From Octopus vulgaris (taxonomy: Eukaryota): DNA of 64,000 bases. The notes below the pieces were generated by a model. That model was not told where the DNA came from. It searched no databases and saw nothing but the letters and a program-made list of their open reading frames with translations. Positions 13,651 through 26,829 of the stretch are shown here, piece after piece; within the stretch, counting starts at the first letter, position 1; each line of letters starts with the position of its first letter. The translations under genes and the position numbers were made by a program. The stretch lies in NCBI GenBank assembly GCA_951406725.2, contig OX597823.1, positions 34,596,001 to 34,660,000 of the forward strand, written 5' to 3'.

Positions 13651-14189
13651 ACACACATAGACACGCAAACATATATGACAGTGACAAACACAAACGTTTC
13701 AACGTTTCAAACAACTACATACAAACACTCAAACACACGTGTGTGTTTGTTATTAGTAAAAAAAGGCGCCAAACACAATTCACTTTCTCATTCGAACACA
13801 TTTGCAAACACACACCAACAATTCACTGACATATGGTGAGTAGATGCTAGCCACTCACATTATGAGTTACACTATTACACCAATTGTACTGGGACTGTTG
13901 TCTACTTCCCGTTAGTTCTTAGTGTCGAGGAAACAAAACTTTCTCGAGAAATGACAAAAAAAAACACTCCTAGATTTCACAAAAGACTTTAAGAAACGAT
14001 AGGAACTAAGTTCAGTTGAAGAAAAGAGACGGATTTAAGGAAATCAGACGGTCGAATTGCCATAACTCAACAGAAAAGGTAAATTGGTTTTTAATTTACT
14101 TTCTGTCGCTAAGTTTTCGTAGTATTGATTTGCGAGCGTACTTCAGTTGTCAATTGTTGAAAGAAAGAAATTGTAAGCTAAGAAGGTGT

Positions 14190-14222
<33 letters not shown>

Positions 14223-14341
14223 TAGGAAGTGAAGGATAAAAATATGGCAAGAAGTGGACAGATGTACATATATACATACATACATCCATACATGCATGTG
14301 TGTGTGTGTGTATGTATGTGTATTAATGTGTGTGTGTGTTA

Positions 14342-14729
14342 TCTCTCTCTATATAAAGCTGAAGTTGTCTGTGTGCGCCAGGTTTGGTAGCCTTCAACTA
14401 ACACTATCTCCTTCGAGACCCTGCGGCGCAAGTTGACCAAAATTGAGAGTATGATAGAAGGGTTGCTCTTCCTTCCGTAGAAGATAAAATTCAAATCGGA
14501 CCATGTTAACACCAAAAATTATTTACATCAAAAAAGTGCTTTTTTCTATGAAAATCCCTATTTTTTACGATTTTTTCACTGCTGTGTCGCCACTTTTCGG
14601 TGTATTTCAACCAGAAAAATGTTCACTTGAAGAGAATAACTAGCTACATAATGCAAAATTTTTACTTTTCAAAAATTCCAATTCCAGCGGGTCGAAACAA
14701 ACCCGAGCAACGCCGGGCGATACTGCTAG
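14342..14729 (+). mobile_element. Non-autonomous Helitron
   Basis: A|TC start, subterminal hairpin CCCGAGCAACGCCGGG, CTAG|T end. Confidence 0.8.
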
Positions 14730-14915
14730 TATAATCTATATTTCTTAGTAAAAACATCTCAGAAGATCACGCAAACCCGTCTCAGTATTCACGAAACCAT
14801 TGAGATTCTGTATTTGCTATCGATAATATTTAGTAGACAATGTGCATATAGATATACAAGAATCTAGAATACGTTGAGGCTATAGGCTTAAACCAGAACT
14901 CTGACATAGTACATT

Positions 14916-15389
<474 letters not shown>

Positions 15390-15582
15390 CATGATTGACC
15401 TCTAGCTCCAAAAGATTTTTTATTCTCTCAATGTTTATTTCCTCGTGTTCCTCTCTGTTGAAGAGCGTAGGCTCGAAGTGTAAAAGATTTTCTCACTTTC
15501 CTGAGCGTTATGCTAATACACGTGTTTGTTGTTTATACACCTGTCTTAGTGTTTTGTTTTTCTATAAATTCCAACTATATAT

Positions 15583-15621
<39 letters not shown>

Positions 15622-15909
15622 TTGTCAAATTCGAAGACAAACAATACAAACAATTGAAGAAAAACAGAGAGAAAAAAGATGACCGCGAGGACGTGTACAA
15701 GAACTTTATTAATTTGACCTCGGTGAAAGAAGAGAGTTGCTAACGTTTTGTGCATAGCTCTTCGTCGGAAACAGGAAAGTCCAAATAGAAAGAAGGAAAA
15801 ATAAGGAAAAATCGCCAACAGTCCACGTGAGGTTACATTTCTGAAGTGACCGGAAGTGGAAGGAGAAAGAGAAAGTGAATTTTGGGACAGGAGAGTGTGA
15901 AGATGGTCA

Positions 15910-16590
15910 GATCATCACAGATCCTCTTCCATGTTTATCAGTTGAAAGAAGGTAGTCTGGGTCAAATGCTTCTTTTGGCTATCTCCACACGAATACTCGG
16001 ACAGTGGTCGGAAATAAGGTAAAGGATAATTCGTCCGAGAAAATAACATCCTTCCACTTCTCTAGAGACCAATTCTGTATGTTTTTACTCCACTCTAAAC
16101 GCTTTGCAACGTTTGTTTTTGAGTGGTTTCCTGATTGCAGCCCTCGCGTGAAATCCGGTTTTGTGCAGCTCCTGGTGAACAGTTTTTTGTGGAAACTGAG
16201 TTCTCGAAGTGGTCATTAAGCTCTGCAGTAATTTTGGGAGCTGTACTTTTGTGATCCTTTCTAACAATTCGCGTAAGAATCCGATGGTCCCTATCTTAAA
16301 GTTTCGGTTTTCTTCCAGAGTTTTGTTTCGACGAGGAGGTTTTTCCCTCTTTCTCAAAGGCTTTCGAGACAGTACTTCTTGATACACAAAACATTTCGGC
16401 TGTTTTCGCTACGCTAGCGTCTGCCATACGAGCACCAACAATTTAACCTCTTTGAAAGTCTGATAGATTTGTCATTTTAATGAATTTTAATTACCTTTTT
16501 CTGATGATATCAGAAAAGAAACGGCAATTTTAGCAAAACATATTAAGCGACACTAATGATAAATCAAAAACATAAAAATAAACAAGCTTC
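15910..16590 (-). mobile_element. Tc1-like transposase remnant (N-terminal half)
   Basis: Minus strand MTNLSDFQRG.IVGARMA..., TVHQELHKTGFHARAAIRKPL, WKDVIFSDE, KHGRGSVMI. Confidence 0.85.
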
Positions 16591-18922
16591 GTTTCTGTAG
16601 TGCACTTGGTACTACTTCTTTCTGTGCGTACATTAAGACATCGTCGCATAGTAAGAAATTATTTGAATTTGTATTTTTATTATGCTTAGTTTTCAATGTT
16701 TCTTTCACTGTCCTCTACGGATTTAATTTTTATGTCATGCACTGTCACCGGCAGTTCCTGGATTATATTACTCACAATACTTCTTACTTCATTTTCTGAC
16801 TGCAATGAAGTTATAACGATCTCTTCTAGTGGTTCCACGCTCTTGGGAGTTAGACTTTATAAGCATCTGAAAATTGTAGTTCAGCAATATTGTACGCCAG
16901 CGTTGTAGTTACCGCAAAAAATAATCAATAGAACCTCCTCCTCTCGCTGACTATACTTTCTTTCATCTGCTATCAGTGAACGTGAAGCATGAACTACTGG
17001 CGTCATATTTCCATCTTTATACTTGTATAGCAAAATTGCTCCTATTCCATACTCTGAAGCATCAGACGCTACAACAATTTTAGGATCGAAATGCTCGAGT
17101 GACAAGTCAGAAATTAATATTTTCTTTATGTCTTTAAATGCGTTTTGGCACTTTACTGACCAATTCCATTTTACTTCTTTTTTTTAGTAAATCGTTTAAT
17201 TGTGCTCTCAATTTATGTATATTTGGAATGTACTGTTGATAGTAATATACTAGGCCAGAGAAAGCTAGTAGTGTCGGTATATTCATTGGCGAAGGCATAT
17301 TCTTTATTGGGTCTGACTTCGACAGGTCAGGACGTCTATTCTTATCTATGGCTAGCAGTATCGCCCGGCGTTGCTCAGGTTTGTAAGGGAAATAACTATA
17401 AAGCATTTTTAGAGAGTTATAGCCAAAAAATAGCAAAAAAATGGAAAAAAATGATGGTAAATTTTTTTTGAGAGTAAAAAAGGTGGAGTTGCGTCCCCGA
17501 GACAGTTTGCGGTTTGTATTTCTGATTCTCGACCCCATGTCGAATTTATCAATTTTTTTCAGAACTGGGGGAACTTTTCAAAATTTTCGCTGCGTTAGTT
17601 TTGAATTATGACATTGGGCTATGTGTGTGTCAAGTTTCATCAGAATCGGTTGAAAGCCGTGGTCAGAGTGAGGGTACAACCAAACAGACACACAGAAACA
17701 CACACAGACAAACTGCCGTTTATATATAGAGAGATTTGACGAAGCAAAAAAATTCACACTTCTTTTCACTGCGTGTCAAACCATAATCCTTAATTCTTTT
17801 AAAGACACACTTCACGTGTTCGATATGCTCATCCCGCGATTCACTTTGGATTAAAACATCATCAAAGTAAGGAATAGTAAATCGACAGCCTACCAATATC
17901 AGGTCATTACCTGTTGAAATATTGCAGGTGCTACCTTCAGTCCAAAAGGTAGCCTACTGTATTGACTGTTAACAGCTTTGAGCATTTTTTATCTACTTTG
18001 GTTTGTAGATGTGCGTCAGACAGATCGAGTTTTGAAAAAAATTTTCCTCCACTTAGTTTTGTAAAAATATCTTGTGGGGTCGCTAGTGAATAATGGTTCG
18101 TTTTTAAACAGTCATTTAAACCGGTCAAAAATCGGCACACATTATATTTCAACACTCCATTTGAGTGTTGAATAGAAAAGTTTTATCACTGAATATGTTA
18201 GACAGTAATTCTATTGTTTTTTAAAGCAAATTTCATTGGGTGTTTTAGGAAATATGAAATTACAGTAACGTTCATATTCTAACGGAGCTAATTTTCTCAA
18301 GAACAATTTCACTTTTTGTTCGTACGATCATGATTTGCAATCTTGCTTAAAAAATCTCCTTGTACCTTCTGTAGTACGACGCTAAAGTTATACCCTCCTC
18401 TGAGTTATAACTGAATTTATTTATCGAATTTGAGACATCGTCTGGCAAAAACGAAATTATCTCATTTTTGGACTTCTTTGAATATAGTTCCAGTAATTGT
18501 TGTTGTTTTAGTTGTTGCTGTAATAGTTACTTCTGCAACTCCTGTTGCTGCTCTTGTCGTTGCTTTTGCAACTGTACTATGGAAGCTAATAGGTCTTCCA
18601 TTATCTAACAAATTGTATCCCAAACAAGTTCTTAAATAACCCACGCAAGCTTCGAAACCCTCGTCACCAGATGTTGTAACGTAGTTTGTTACATACAATA
18701 AAGAAGATAACCAGATAACAGTAAAAACAATGTAATGCACTAACAAATCTCTTTACGAACCAACAATGAATATTCCTTATGAACTAACCAACCGACACCT
18801 TTTGACTTCAGTGCGAACTAAAACGAACTTCACTCGACTCTGAATTCACTCAGATTGTTACTATTTATACTTTACTTGGACCAGTCTATCTCTCACAAGG
18901 GGGCGTTGTGACTCTCATCACA
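16591..18922 (-). mobile_element. Degenerate Ty3/Gypsy element with one LTR (18672-18922)
   Basis: LTR TG...CA followed by PBS TGGTGACGAG (18660-18669). RT (LNDCL...DIFTKLSGGKFFSKLDLSDAHLQ) and RNase H (VVASDASEYGIGAIL...HASRSL...YSQ.E.E) remnants. Confidence 0.88.
17352..17734 (-). mobile_element. Non-autonomous Helitron nested in Gypsy pol
   Basis: Minus strand TCTCTCTATATATAAA start and ...GAGCAACGCCGGGCGATACTGCTAG end, a 3' terminus shared with 14342-14729. Confidence 0.78.
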
Positions 18923-19752
18923 GCAGAAACCAAGTTAGCAGTGGTGGAAGGAGTTCTGAAAGTGTGGTTGCTAGAATAAGAACTGGCAGGGCAAATCTCA
19001 GAGTGCTTCTGCCTTTGCTAAGTCCTCTCCCTCAATGTGAAAGGCAGATTGTATGATGTCGTATATGTACAGCTATGCTACATGGCAATGAAACATGGGC
19101 TATGACTACATTACCCGCTGGGTGAGTAATGACAGTATACATGCATGACAGAGTGTAAATGATTTAAGACAAAAACTGGGTGTAAGAGGCATCAGATGTT
19201 GTGTGCAAGAGAGAAGACTGCGCTGGTTTGATCATGTGATGCATATGAGCTGCATAAAGAAGTGCTGAGCTCTAATTGTGGAGGGAGCCTGTGGAAGGGG
19301 TAGACCCAAAAAGACATGGGATGAAGTGGTGAAAAAGAATCTTCAGATGCTGGGCCTCACTGAGGAAATGACAAGGAACCAGGAGTTGTGGCAGTTTGCT
19401 GAATTTGATAAGATACATCAAGTTAAGTGAAATCACTGTCTTCCACATATACAGGTTTGTCATTTTGGGTGCTGTGCCACATAAAAAGCACCTATTGCCA
19501 GTGCTGCATAAACGCACCTGTGCCAGTGGTACATGAAAAGCACCCAGCACACTGTTATGCGGTTAGTGTTAGGAAGGGCATCCAGCTGCAGAAACCATGC
19601 CACAACAGATAATTAGAGTCCGAGCAGCTCCCAGCTGGCCAGCTCTAAGTCAAACCATCCAACCTATGCCAACAGGGAAAGTGGCTGTTAAATGATGATG
19701 ACAATGACGATGATGATGATGATGATGATGATATTGACGATGATGATGATGA
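18923..19752 (+). mobile_element. RTE-clade LINE 3' fragment with (GAT)n tail
   Basis: ORF remnants (LRQKLGVRGIRCCVQERRLRWFDHVMHM; GRGRPKKTWDEVVKKNL). The same 3' end recurs at ~29775, 32845, 35390, 46045, 48930-49485, 55310, 58390, 61570. Confidence 0.8.
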
Positions 19753-20010
19753 CACTAGTGCAGACATGAAAAGAGACCAATAGAGTAAGTAACACACTTA
19801 GAAATACAGTAAGCCCTGGGGTTGATTTGTTTTACTAAAGCCCTTCAAGGTAGTGCTCCAGCATGTCCATGTACAGTGAGGGAAATGAGTAAAAGATAAA
19901 ATAAAATATCAGCAATTTAATTCCCATGCATAATTAACCAAATGAGTAATGAGGTTTATCAGTTAGATGTGATAGTCTTTTAATTTGGCTTTAATGAAAT
20001 GTTTTGGGCA

Positions 20011-20016
20011 TTTATT
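20011..20016 (-). terminator. Candidate polyadenylation signal of the ABCC gene
   Basis: AATAAA on the minus strand, about 90 nt downstream of the stop codon. Confidence 0.45.
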
Positions 20017-20107
20017 GGACTGTTCTGAGAAAACATATAAAAAATAAACAGCAGTTGAAATGAAATGGAAAAATATCTACAAAATCTGTCTGGCTTTCTT
20101 CACAATG

Positions 20108-20194
20108 TTACATAATCTCTCTGGCTTTCCATAGTTTATAAAACTTGGAATTTGATTTTTTCAGTAACTCATTAGGGATTCCTTCTTCAACAAC
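20108..20194 (-). CDS. ABCC5: ABCC5-like last coding exon
   Basis: ctacag|GTT...TAA. VVEEGIPNELLKKSNSKFYKLWKAREIM*. Confidence 0.92.
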   Translation of the reverse strand, partial: VVEEGIPNELLKKSNSKFYKLWKAREIM

Positions 20195-20537
20195 CTGTAG
20201 GGGATAGAGGAAAATAAGGTTTTTGTAAAAGATATACACATGCGTATGTGAGTGTGTGTTAGTGAATATACAGATATTCATAAATATATATGTATTTATA
20301 CATACATGCACACACACATACATGCACACGCACATACATACATACATACATACTTATACATAGTTCATACAACAACATTGTTGTCTGCCTAGTATAAATA
20401 CTAAGGATTACTAATGAGAGTTACACAATCTCTGAAGATTTCACAATGCAATCTGATACTGTATCATCAGTCAACATAGATTTACATGTCACGGATTTTT
20501 TCATAATGTGATGCAAGTCTTTGGTATAGCAATTGCA

Positions 20538-20631
20538 TGCAGCTGAAGAGAGCTTTAAACCATCAGTTATGTCGATTATACATTGATGTAAGAATAGGTT
20601 GTTTTATAAAGCTTGAAATACGTGTACCGCG
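20538..20631 (+). ncRNA. Hammerhead ribozyme motif with long stem II loop (partly decayed)
   Basis: tgcag-CTGAAGA-gagcttta...taaagctt-GAAA-tACGTg-TA-ccgcg, with a GUA triplet. Confidence 0.55.
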
Positions 20632-20899
20632 ACATCCTTTATGTTCTGTTTTTTATTTCATTTGATGCATATATATATATATATATAGCTAATCCAAACA
20701 AGAACAAGCAAGAACAACAACGCAAGGATGTGGAACAAGTACTGTATTATTGGACGCTCAGGAAAGGAAAGAAAAGAAAGAGGACTTCACATTTCAAGCG
20801 GAGCTCTTCATCAGAAATATAGAAAAAGTCCAAAGTTGGGAAGACGGAAAAAGAAAATTGCCAATGATACACACACAGTCACATATTGAAATATATATA

Positions 20900-21325
20900 G
20901 CCCATCTCATTAGAGAGAGTGTCTGATTAGATGAGATACAATTCGGTTTTGTGATGGGTAGAAGCACCATTGATGCCATATTCCTGGTTTGACAACTGCA
21001 GGAGAAATACCTAGCTAAAGATAAACCCCTATACATAGCTTTTGTGGACTTGGAGAAAGCCTTTGACAGGGTCCCCCGATCCCTTATCTGGTGAGCAATG
21101 CGGAAACTGGGGATTGACAAATGGTTGATAAGGGCTGTACAGGCCCTATACACAGAGGCTGTCAGTAAGGTTAGGATTGACAATGAGTATAGTGAAGAAT
21201 TCTGGGTTGAAATAGGGGTCCACCAAGGATCAGCCCTCAGCTCCCTTTTATTCATCATAGTCTTCTAGTTAATAACAGAGAAATTCAAGACAGGTTGCCA
21301 TGGGAGCTCCTCTATGCTGATAACT
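20900..21325 (+). mobile_element. RTE-clade reverse transcriptase fragment
   Basis: QFGFVMGRSTIDAIFLV*QLQEKYLAKDKPLYIAFVDLEKAFDRVPR...GVHQGSALSSLLFIIV, with stop codons. Confidence 0.88.
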
Positions 21326-21507
21326 GGACCCCTCCCCCAAAATTTCAGGCCTTGTGCCTAGAGCAGAATAGAATAGTAATAGGTGCAAGAACAAATACCA
21401 CAAGGTATTTTCCAGTAATGCCTGTGTGTATGCATATGAGTGTATGTGTGTGTGCATATGTATGAGTGAGTGTATGTGTGTATGCATATGTATGAGTGAG
21501 TGTCTGA

Positions 21508-21538
<31 letters not shown>

Positions 21539-21668
21539 TGTAGTTGTATGTATAAAATTTAGTGTTTCCATCACAGAGGCTGTACTCTGAGTGTGTAACC
21601 ATCAACATTGGCTTTCCTCTACCTCGTTCGGTAGATGAAAGGTGGTGGGCGACAAAGAATTGCTTTAC

Positions 21669-21833
21669 CTTTCCGTTGTCCATGATGATGACTTTGTCAC
21701 ATTCCACGATTGTATTCAGACGATGAGCAATAATCATGATGGTGCAGTTGGTGAAACATTGATTAATAGTGTTTTGGATGAGGGAATCAGTTTCCGCATC
21801 AACAGAAGACGTCGCTTCATCAAGGACCAATAT
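21669..21833 (-). CDS. ABCC5: ABCC5-like exon (NBD2 Walker B, H-loop)
   Basis: 165 nt, ttctag|...|gtaaag. [55 protein letters not shown]. Confidence 0.96.
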
Positions 21834-22624
21834 CTAGAAATAGTAGAGCACAGACACTGAAACATTAGGATAAACAATTCATGCAGTGATGAAATGTGAA
21901 CTAAAGAAAGCTGATGCTGTGTTCACCACCACCGCCACTGCCACCACCACCACCACCACCACCACCACCACCACCATACATAGGTCTACATTTGACAAGG
22001 GCAAATCTATCTACAGAAATGGTAACAATATCGGAAATGTTGAAAACTGAACATTTGAATTTGTGAAAAATCTTGATGTGATACAGGAAAATAGATTTCA
22101 TTTTTGAAATTAGCACCCCGAAATTAATTTGGAAACATGTCTCCAACACCAAACAACAGAAAACATGTTTCCCAATTTTAAAGGTGAAGAAGAATTGGTA
22201 GTTGTTGGAGTGTTGGATCGAATGCTTTGTAGTGTTTGTTGTGACTCACTGCACCCTGAGTTCAAATTCTGCCACAGTCATCTTTACCTTTTATCGTGTC
22301 AGGGTCAGTAAAAACATACATATCCCAGGCTGTGGATTAGTAGAACTGAAACCATGTCAAACCAACTACTTTGTACTGTTTGATCCAGTTCTTTGAATTT
22401 TGAGCTCAAATCCTGCCATGGCTTACTTGGGAAGTAGGCTTAACCCATTGCCTGGTTTATCATCACCATCCGATGCCTAAAATGCCTTTCAGAGTCCACT
22501 CAGCTGCAAGCATTTAGGTTAGGTTTCTGGTCTGAAGATAACTTCCCTCTCCATCTACCACCCAACCAGTCTCAGAGGCCCTCTAACACATGGCCACTGC
22601 CTTCCCTCCTGAGTAAAAGATAAA

Positions 22625-22764
22625 ACATTATTTACATTCGACGAATATTTGTCCTCATCTTATTTGTTGTTAACACAACGTTTCAGCTGATATACCCTCC
22701 AGTCTTCATCAGGTGTCTTGGGGAAATTTCGAACCTAGGTTCTCATTCCTAAGGTATATTTCGA

Positions 22765-22798
<34 letters not shown>

Positions 22799-22900
22799 TG
22801 CCTGGAATTGAACTCAGAATCTTGGGGTTAGTAGCCTGCACTCTTAACCACTACGCCATATGCCTGATGAGGACAAATATACACCAAATGTAAATAATGT
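22625..22900 (-). mobile_element. tRNA-headed SINE-like element carrying a hammerhead, bounded by ~35-bp inverted repeats
   Basis: Minus strand TGGCGTAGTGGTTAAG...GAGTTCAATTCC head (22799-22860), then (AAT)n, then a hammerhead at 22672-22717. IR at 22625-22659 / 22866-22900. Confidence 0.7.
22672..22717 (-). ncRNA. Minimal hammerhead ribozyme motif
   Basis: gacac-CTGATGA-agactg(gagggtatat)cagct-GAAAC-GT-T-gtgtt. Confidence 0.65.
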
Positions 22901-22962
22901 ATATAATTCATCTCTTAAATATAGAACTGTAAAAAATAAAAGTTTCTCAGCTTCAAACTCAC

Positions 22963-23076
22963 CTTGTTTGCACGAAGTAGGACTCTTGCTAGACACAGTA
23001 ACTGGCGCTGACCAACTGAGAAATTCTTTCCATCTTCTTCTACATCAGAATCTAAACCATTTTTCAATGCAGTAAT
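22963..23076 (-). CDS. ABCC5: ABCC5-like exon (NBD2 signature)
   Basis: 114 nt, ttccag|...|gtgagt. [38 protein letters not shown]. Confidence 0.95.
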
Positions 23077-24368
23077 CTGGAATTTAAGGTAAAATATTTT
23101 TACAAGACAGTTGTCACTCACAAACAAGAGTGGTTTGGTAACATGTAACATGCTTTCAGTAATTGTTTTAGGTGCCTGTGTTATCATGAGCTGACATTGG
23201 CACCCTCTCAACTCTCATACCTTTTGGCCCAATGCCTCATCCAGGGTGTGACTACTGTGGAAGACAGACATGAATATTGTACTGAAGTTCAAATCCTGCC
23301 AAGATCACCTTTACTTTTCATCCTTTTGGGATCAATAAAATAAGCAACTGTCATACACGGGGGTTGATGAAATTGACTACCCCCACCTTCTACTTATAAT
23401 AGAAAGAAGGGTGATGAGCAGGCAAAACTGCGAACATAAGTGCAGGCATGGCTGTATAGCTTGCTCTATAACCACATGGTTCAAGGTTCAATCCCACTGC
23501 ATGGCATCTTGAGCAAGTAACTTCTACTATAGCCTTGGGCTGACCAAAGCCTTGTGAGTGGATTTGGTAGATGGAAACTGGAAGAAGCCCATCGTATATA
23601 TATATGTGTGTGTGTGTGTGTATGTATGTGTGTATATATGTGTGTGTGTGTGTGCGTGTATGCATATGTTTGTGTGTCTGTGTTAGTCCCCTCATCATCG
23701 CTTGTCAACCAATGTTGGTGTGTTTATGTCCCCATAACTTAGCAGTTTGGCAAAAGAGACCAACAGAATAAGTACTAGGCTTACAAAGAATAAGATCTGG
23801 GGTTGATTTGTTCGACTAAAGGTGGTGCTCCAGCGTGGCTGCAGTCAAATGACTGACACAACAAAAGAATATATATATTGCATGTCTTTCTGTTTGTGTG
23901 CCCCCCACCCCATCATCACTTGACAACCAGTGTTAGTGTGTTTACGTCTTGATAACTTAGCAGTTCGGCAAAAGAGATCAATAGAATAAGTACCAAGCTT
24001 AACAAAAAAATAAGTCCTGGGATTGATTTGTTCAACTAAAAAGATGATGCTCCAGCATGCCCACAGTCACATGACTGAAACAAGTAAAATAATAAAAGAA
24101 TGAAAGAATGCTAAATGAAATGCTTCACAAAATCTGGTCCATTTTTACATTCTGAATTCAAATACCACCAAGGTAGACTTTGCTGTTTGTTCTTTCAGGA
24201 CCAGAGGAGCACAGGGGTTGATATAATTGACTTACCCCTCCTCTCAAAATTACTGGCCTTGTCCCAATATTACAAAGATTATCATAATTACTTAGCCCAG
24301 ATCATTCTCGAATGATAAACATTTTTCTATGTAAAATATTCTTTAAATTTACAAAATAATCTACTCAC

Positions 24369-24447
24369 AGCATTCTTCATGTAACAGTTTTCCAGTGCTG
24401 ACCAGATTTGTTCATCTGTGTAATTATTGAAAGGATCCAGATTGTAT
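24369..24447 (-). CDS. ABCC5: ABCC5-like exon (NBD2)
   Basis: 79 nt, ttttag|...|gtgagt. (R)[26 protein letters not shown]. Confidence 0.95.
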
Positions 24448-26669
24448 CTAAAAAAATATAAGTTATCAACTGAGCACAGTTACCAAATAAATTAATGAAA
24501 TTCATTTTTATTTACTAATATATAATATATCTGTCATACAGACAGCTACAGGAATTATGGTATGGATCTTGCTTTAGGCTAGATGTATTGTAACATTGTA
24601 TATCATGAAGGACTCACACATCACTTTGAAGAAAAAGGATCCAGCAAGACACAGCTATGCGGTGTAGGAATGCAGAAAATAACCATCACTCTATGGCAGC
24701 TTGAGTGCAGGGTCAAACCTGAAGATTTCCAGTTGCATCATTTACCAATCCCTCTTGACTCTTTCCCTGTCTTTGTTTGTCTTCTGAAGAAAGTGTGAAG
24801 GTATTGGTGCTGGTGCTTTGGTTTGCGTAAGGAATTTTTTGGTAGCAGTTTGCATGGTTTGGTCAGAGGCATTCCCACTCTCTCGTCCTTCAAACTTGTC
24901 TGATGCAACAAGCAGCACAATCTGAGAAATTACCAGGATCCAAGACTTGTAAAGATTACTTTGTCTTACAAGGGCAGCAAAAGAGCTGAAGAGCTTCATC
25001 TTCTCTGGATGTCACCTGGGTTGACTGTAAGTAAGCTTCTAGATGCAATTCCATGACACACTAATTAGCCCAGAACTGGGACCCTGAGAGGCCCTACCAC
25101 TCTGGGTTAGAATAGACCTGGAAACAATAATGGCTAAGAAGTGATCCCACACTCCACAAAACCCTACAACTTCTGTAATGCCAACTACTTTACAGAATGT
25201 ACAGAGTGCATTTTACATGGCGTCAGCACCAGTAAGTTCATCACACACACAAACACACATACATGCACATACTTATGCATGCACGCACAATACATACCTA
25301 CATGCATACATACAAAAATACCCTGTTGTTGATGTTGAAGTTGCAATGAAGGAGCTTTGAATCTAGGTTAGAAACCAGCTCTTTCTCTATTGGCAAGAAA
25401 TCTTGAAATAAAACTAAATAATGACATATATATACACATGCATACATACAAGCATGCATGCTTACATGCATACATACATGCATACAAGCATGCATGCATA
25501 CATATATATATGCACACATGCATGCATGCATACATAATGCACACATGCATATATGTCTGCATACATATGTACATATATACAAGCATGCATGCATACATAC
25601 ACAATGCATGCATAATACATGCACACATGTATGTATGTATGCATGCATGCATACATGTAGACATGGTATCTAGTAAATTTCCCTGACAAAATTTTAGATG
25701 ACCTGGAGCTATTGTAGAAGATATGAATGTGCTGTGCAGAGGGTTCAAACCCAAAGTAAATGTTGGAAACAAAGTTTTTAACCACAAAGCCATACTTGCG
25801 GCCATTAATACCAATGAAGAATAAATGTTTATGAAAGGAGAACATGAGAGGATGTTAAGAAGGAGATAAACTGATGTAGGAGATGAAGAGGGATTAGTTA
25901 AGTTAGCTCTGAGAGATTTGGCTTCATTGGAACAAAACAATTAGAAACAGGTTTTATTGCAGATCAATTCAACTTGCACAAGTGTGTATTGACTAGATTA
26001 TCAGATGTCCCCATTCACCAAGCCCTTTCTTCTATACAGAAGAGAAGGTTTCTGTACCAATCTCTTCAATTAATGATGTAATCAAAAAAAATCCATGACA
26101 CAGAAGGCAAAGGAAAGATCCATGCCTTAGAATATCATTAAGAGAACATATCCAAAATGAGGTGATTCAAGAACACAGTGGATGTGATCACAGAATACCA
26201 ACAATAAAAACAGTACAATAAACATGATGACATGGAGAGAAGGAGAGGATGTGTGTGTCTAGGTGGTGGTGGCGGTGGCGGCAGCGGTGGTGGTGGTGGT
26301 GGCGGCGGCGGTGGTGGTGGTGGTGGTGGTGGTGGTGGTGGTGGTGCAGGTTAAGTAATGGAGAGGTTAATAAGACATTACCATAAGATTCGTAAGTGTG
26401 GAAATGAAATATGTTTAGTGGGTGCAAACACAGGATCAGCCTAGGATGTTGAAAGCATTTTCACTGTCCCCTTCACATTTAAGGGAGTACAAGCAGCCCA
26501 CCTGCACCCTCAGTTCTCAAGCCTATGATAAGACTGTATCAAGGTAGGAATGGTGAAGAAGAGACAGACAGAGTATTTTCTGTGAAAAATGGGTTTTGAA
26601 TAGAAGAACAGTGTTTATTAAAAAGGCAAAATATTTGTGAGTAATAAGCTATAAATATGTGATCAATAC

Positions 26670-26829
26670 CTAATAGTTCCAATAAACAGAACTGGATCCT
26701 GGGGTATAATCGATATTCTGGACCTCAGCTCTTTGAGACTAATTTCAGTAATGTCTTGTCCTCCAATTGAGATTGTTCCAGAAGAGGGTTCAACCATTCG
26801 GAAAAGTGCAAGTCCAAGAGATGATTTCC
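26670..26829 (-). CDS. ABCC5: ABCC5-like exon (Walker A end, Q-loop)
   Basis: 160 nt, ttctag|...AG|gtattg. (G)[52 protein letters not shown](R). Missed by the ORF track. Confidence 0.96.

Noticed and set aside
16501-16520. CTGATGA...GAAA in the Tc1 5' region, and CTGATGAGGAC at 22864
   Set aside because: No stem III/NUH or stem I partner; chance matches.
21345-21668. Extended C-terminus implied by ORF 21345-21830
   Set aside because: Read-through into the intron past the GTAAAG donor at 21668; the real terminal exon is 20108-20194.
22799-22862. Functional tRNA gene
   Set aside because: No convincing acceptor stem, and it is joined to a repeat body. Treated as a SINE head, like the other tRNA-like heads in the window.
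25298-25686. His/Cys/Met-rich overlapping ORFs
   Set aside because: A degenerate (CATA/CATG)n purine-pyrimidine simple repeat.
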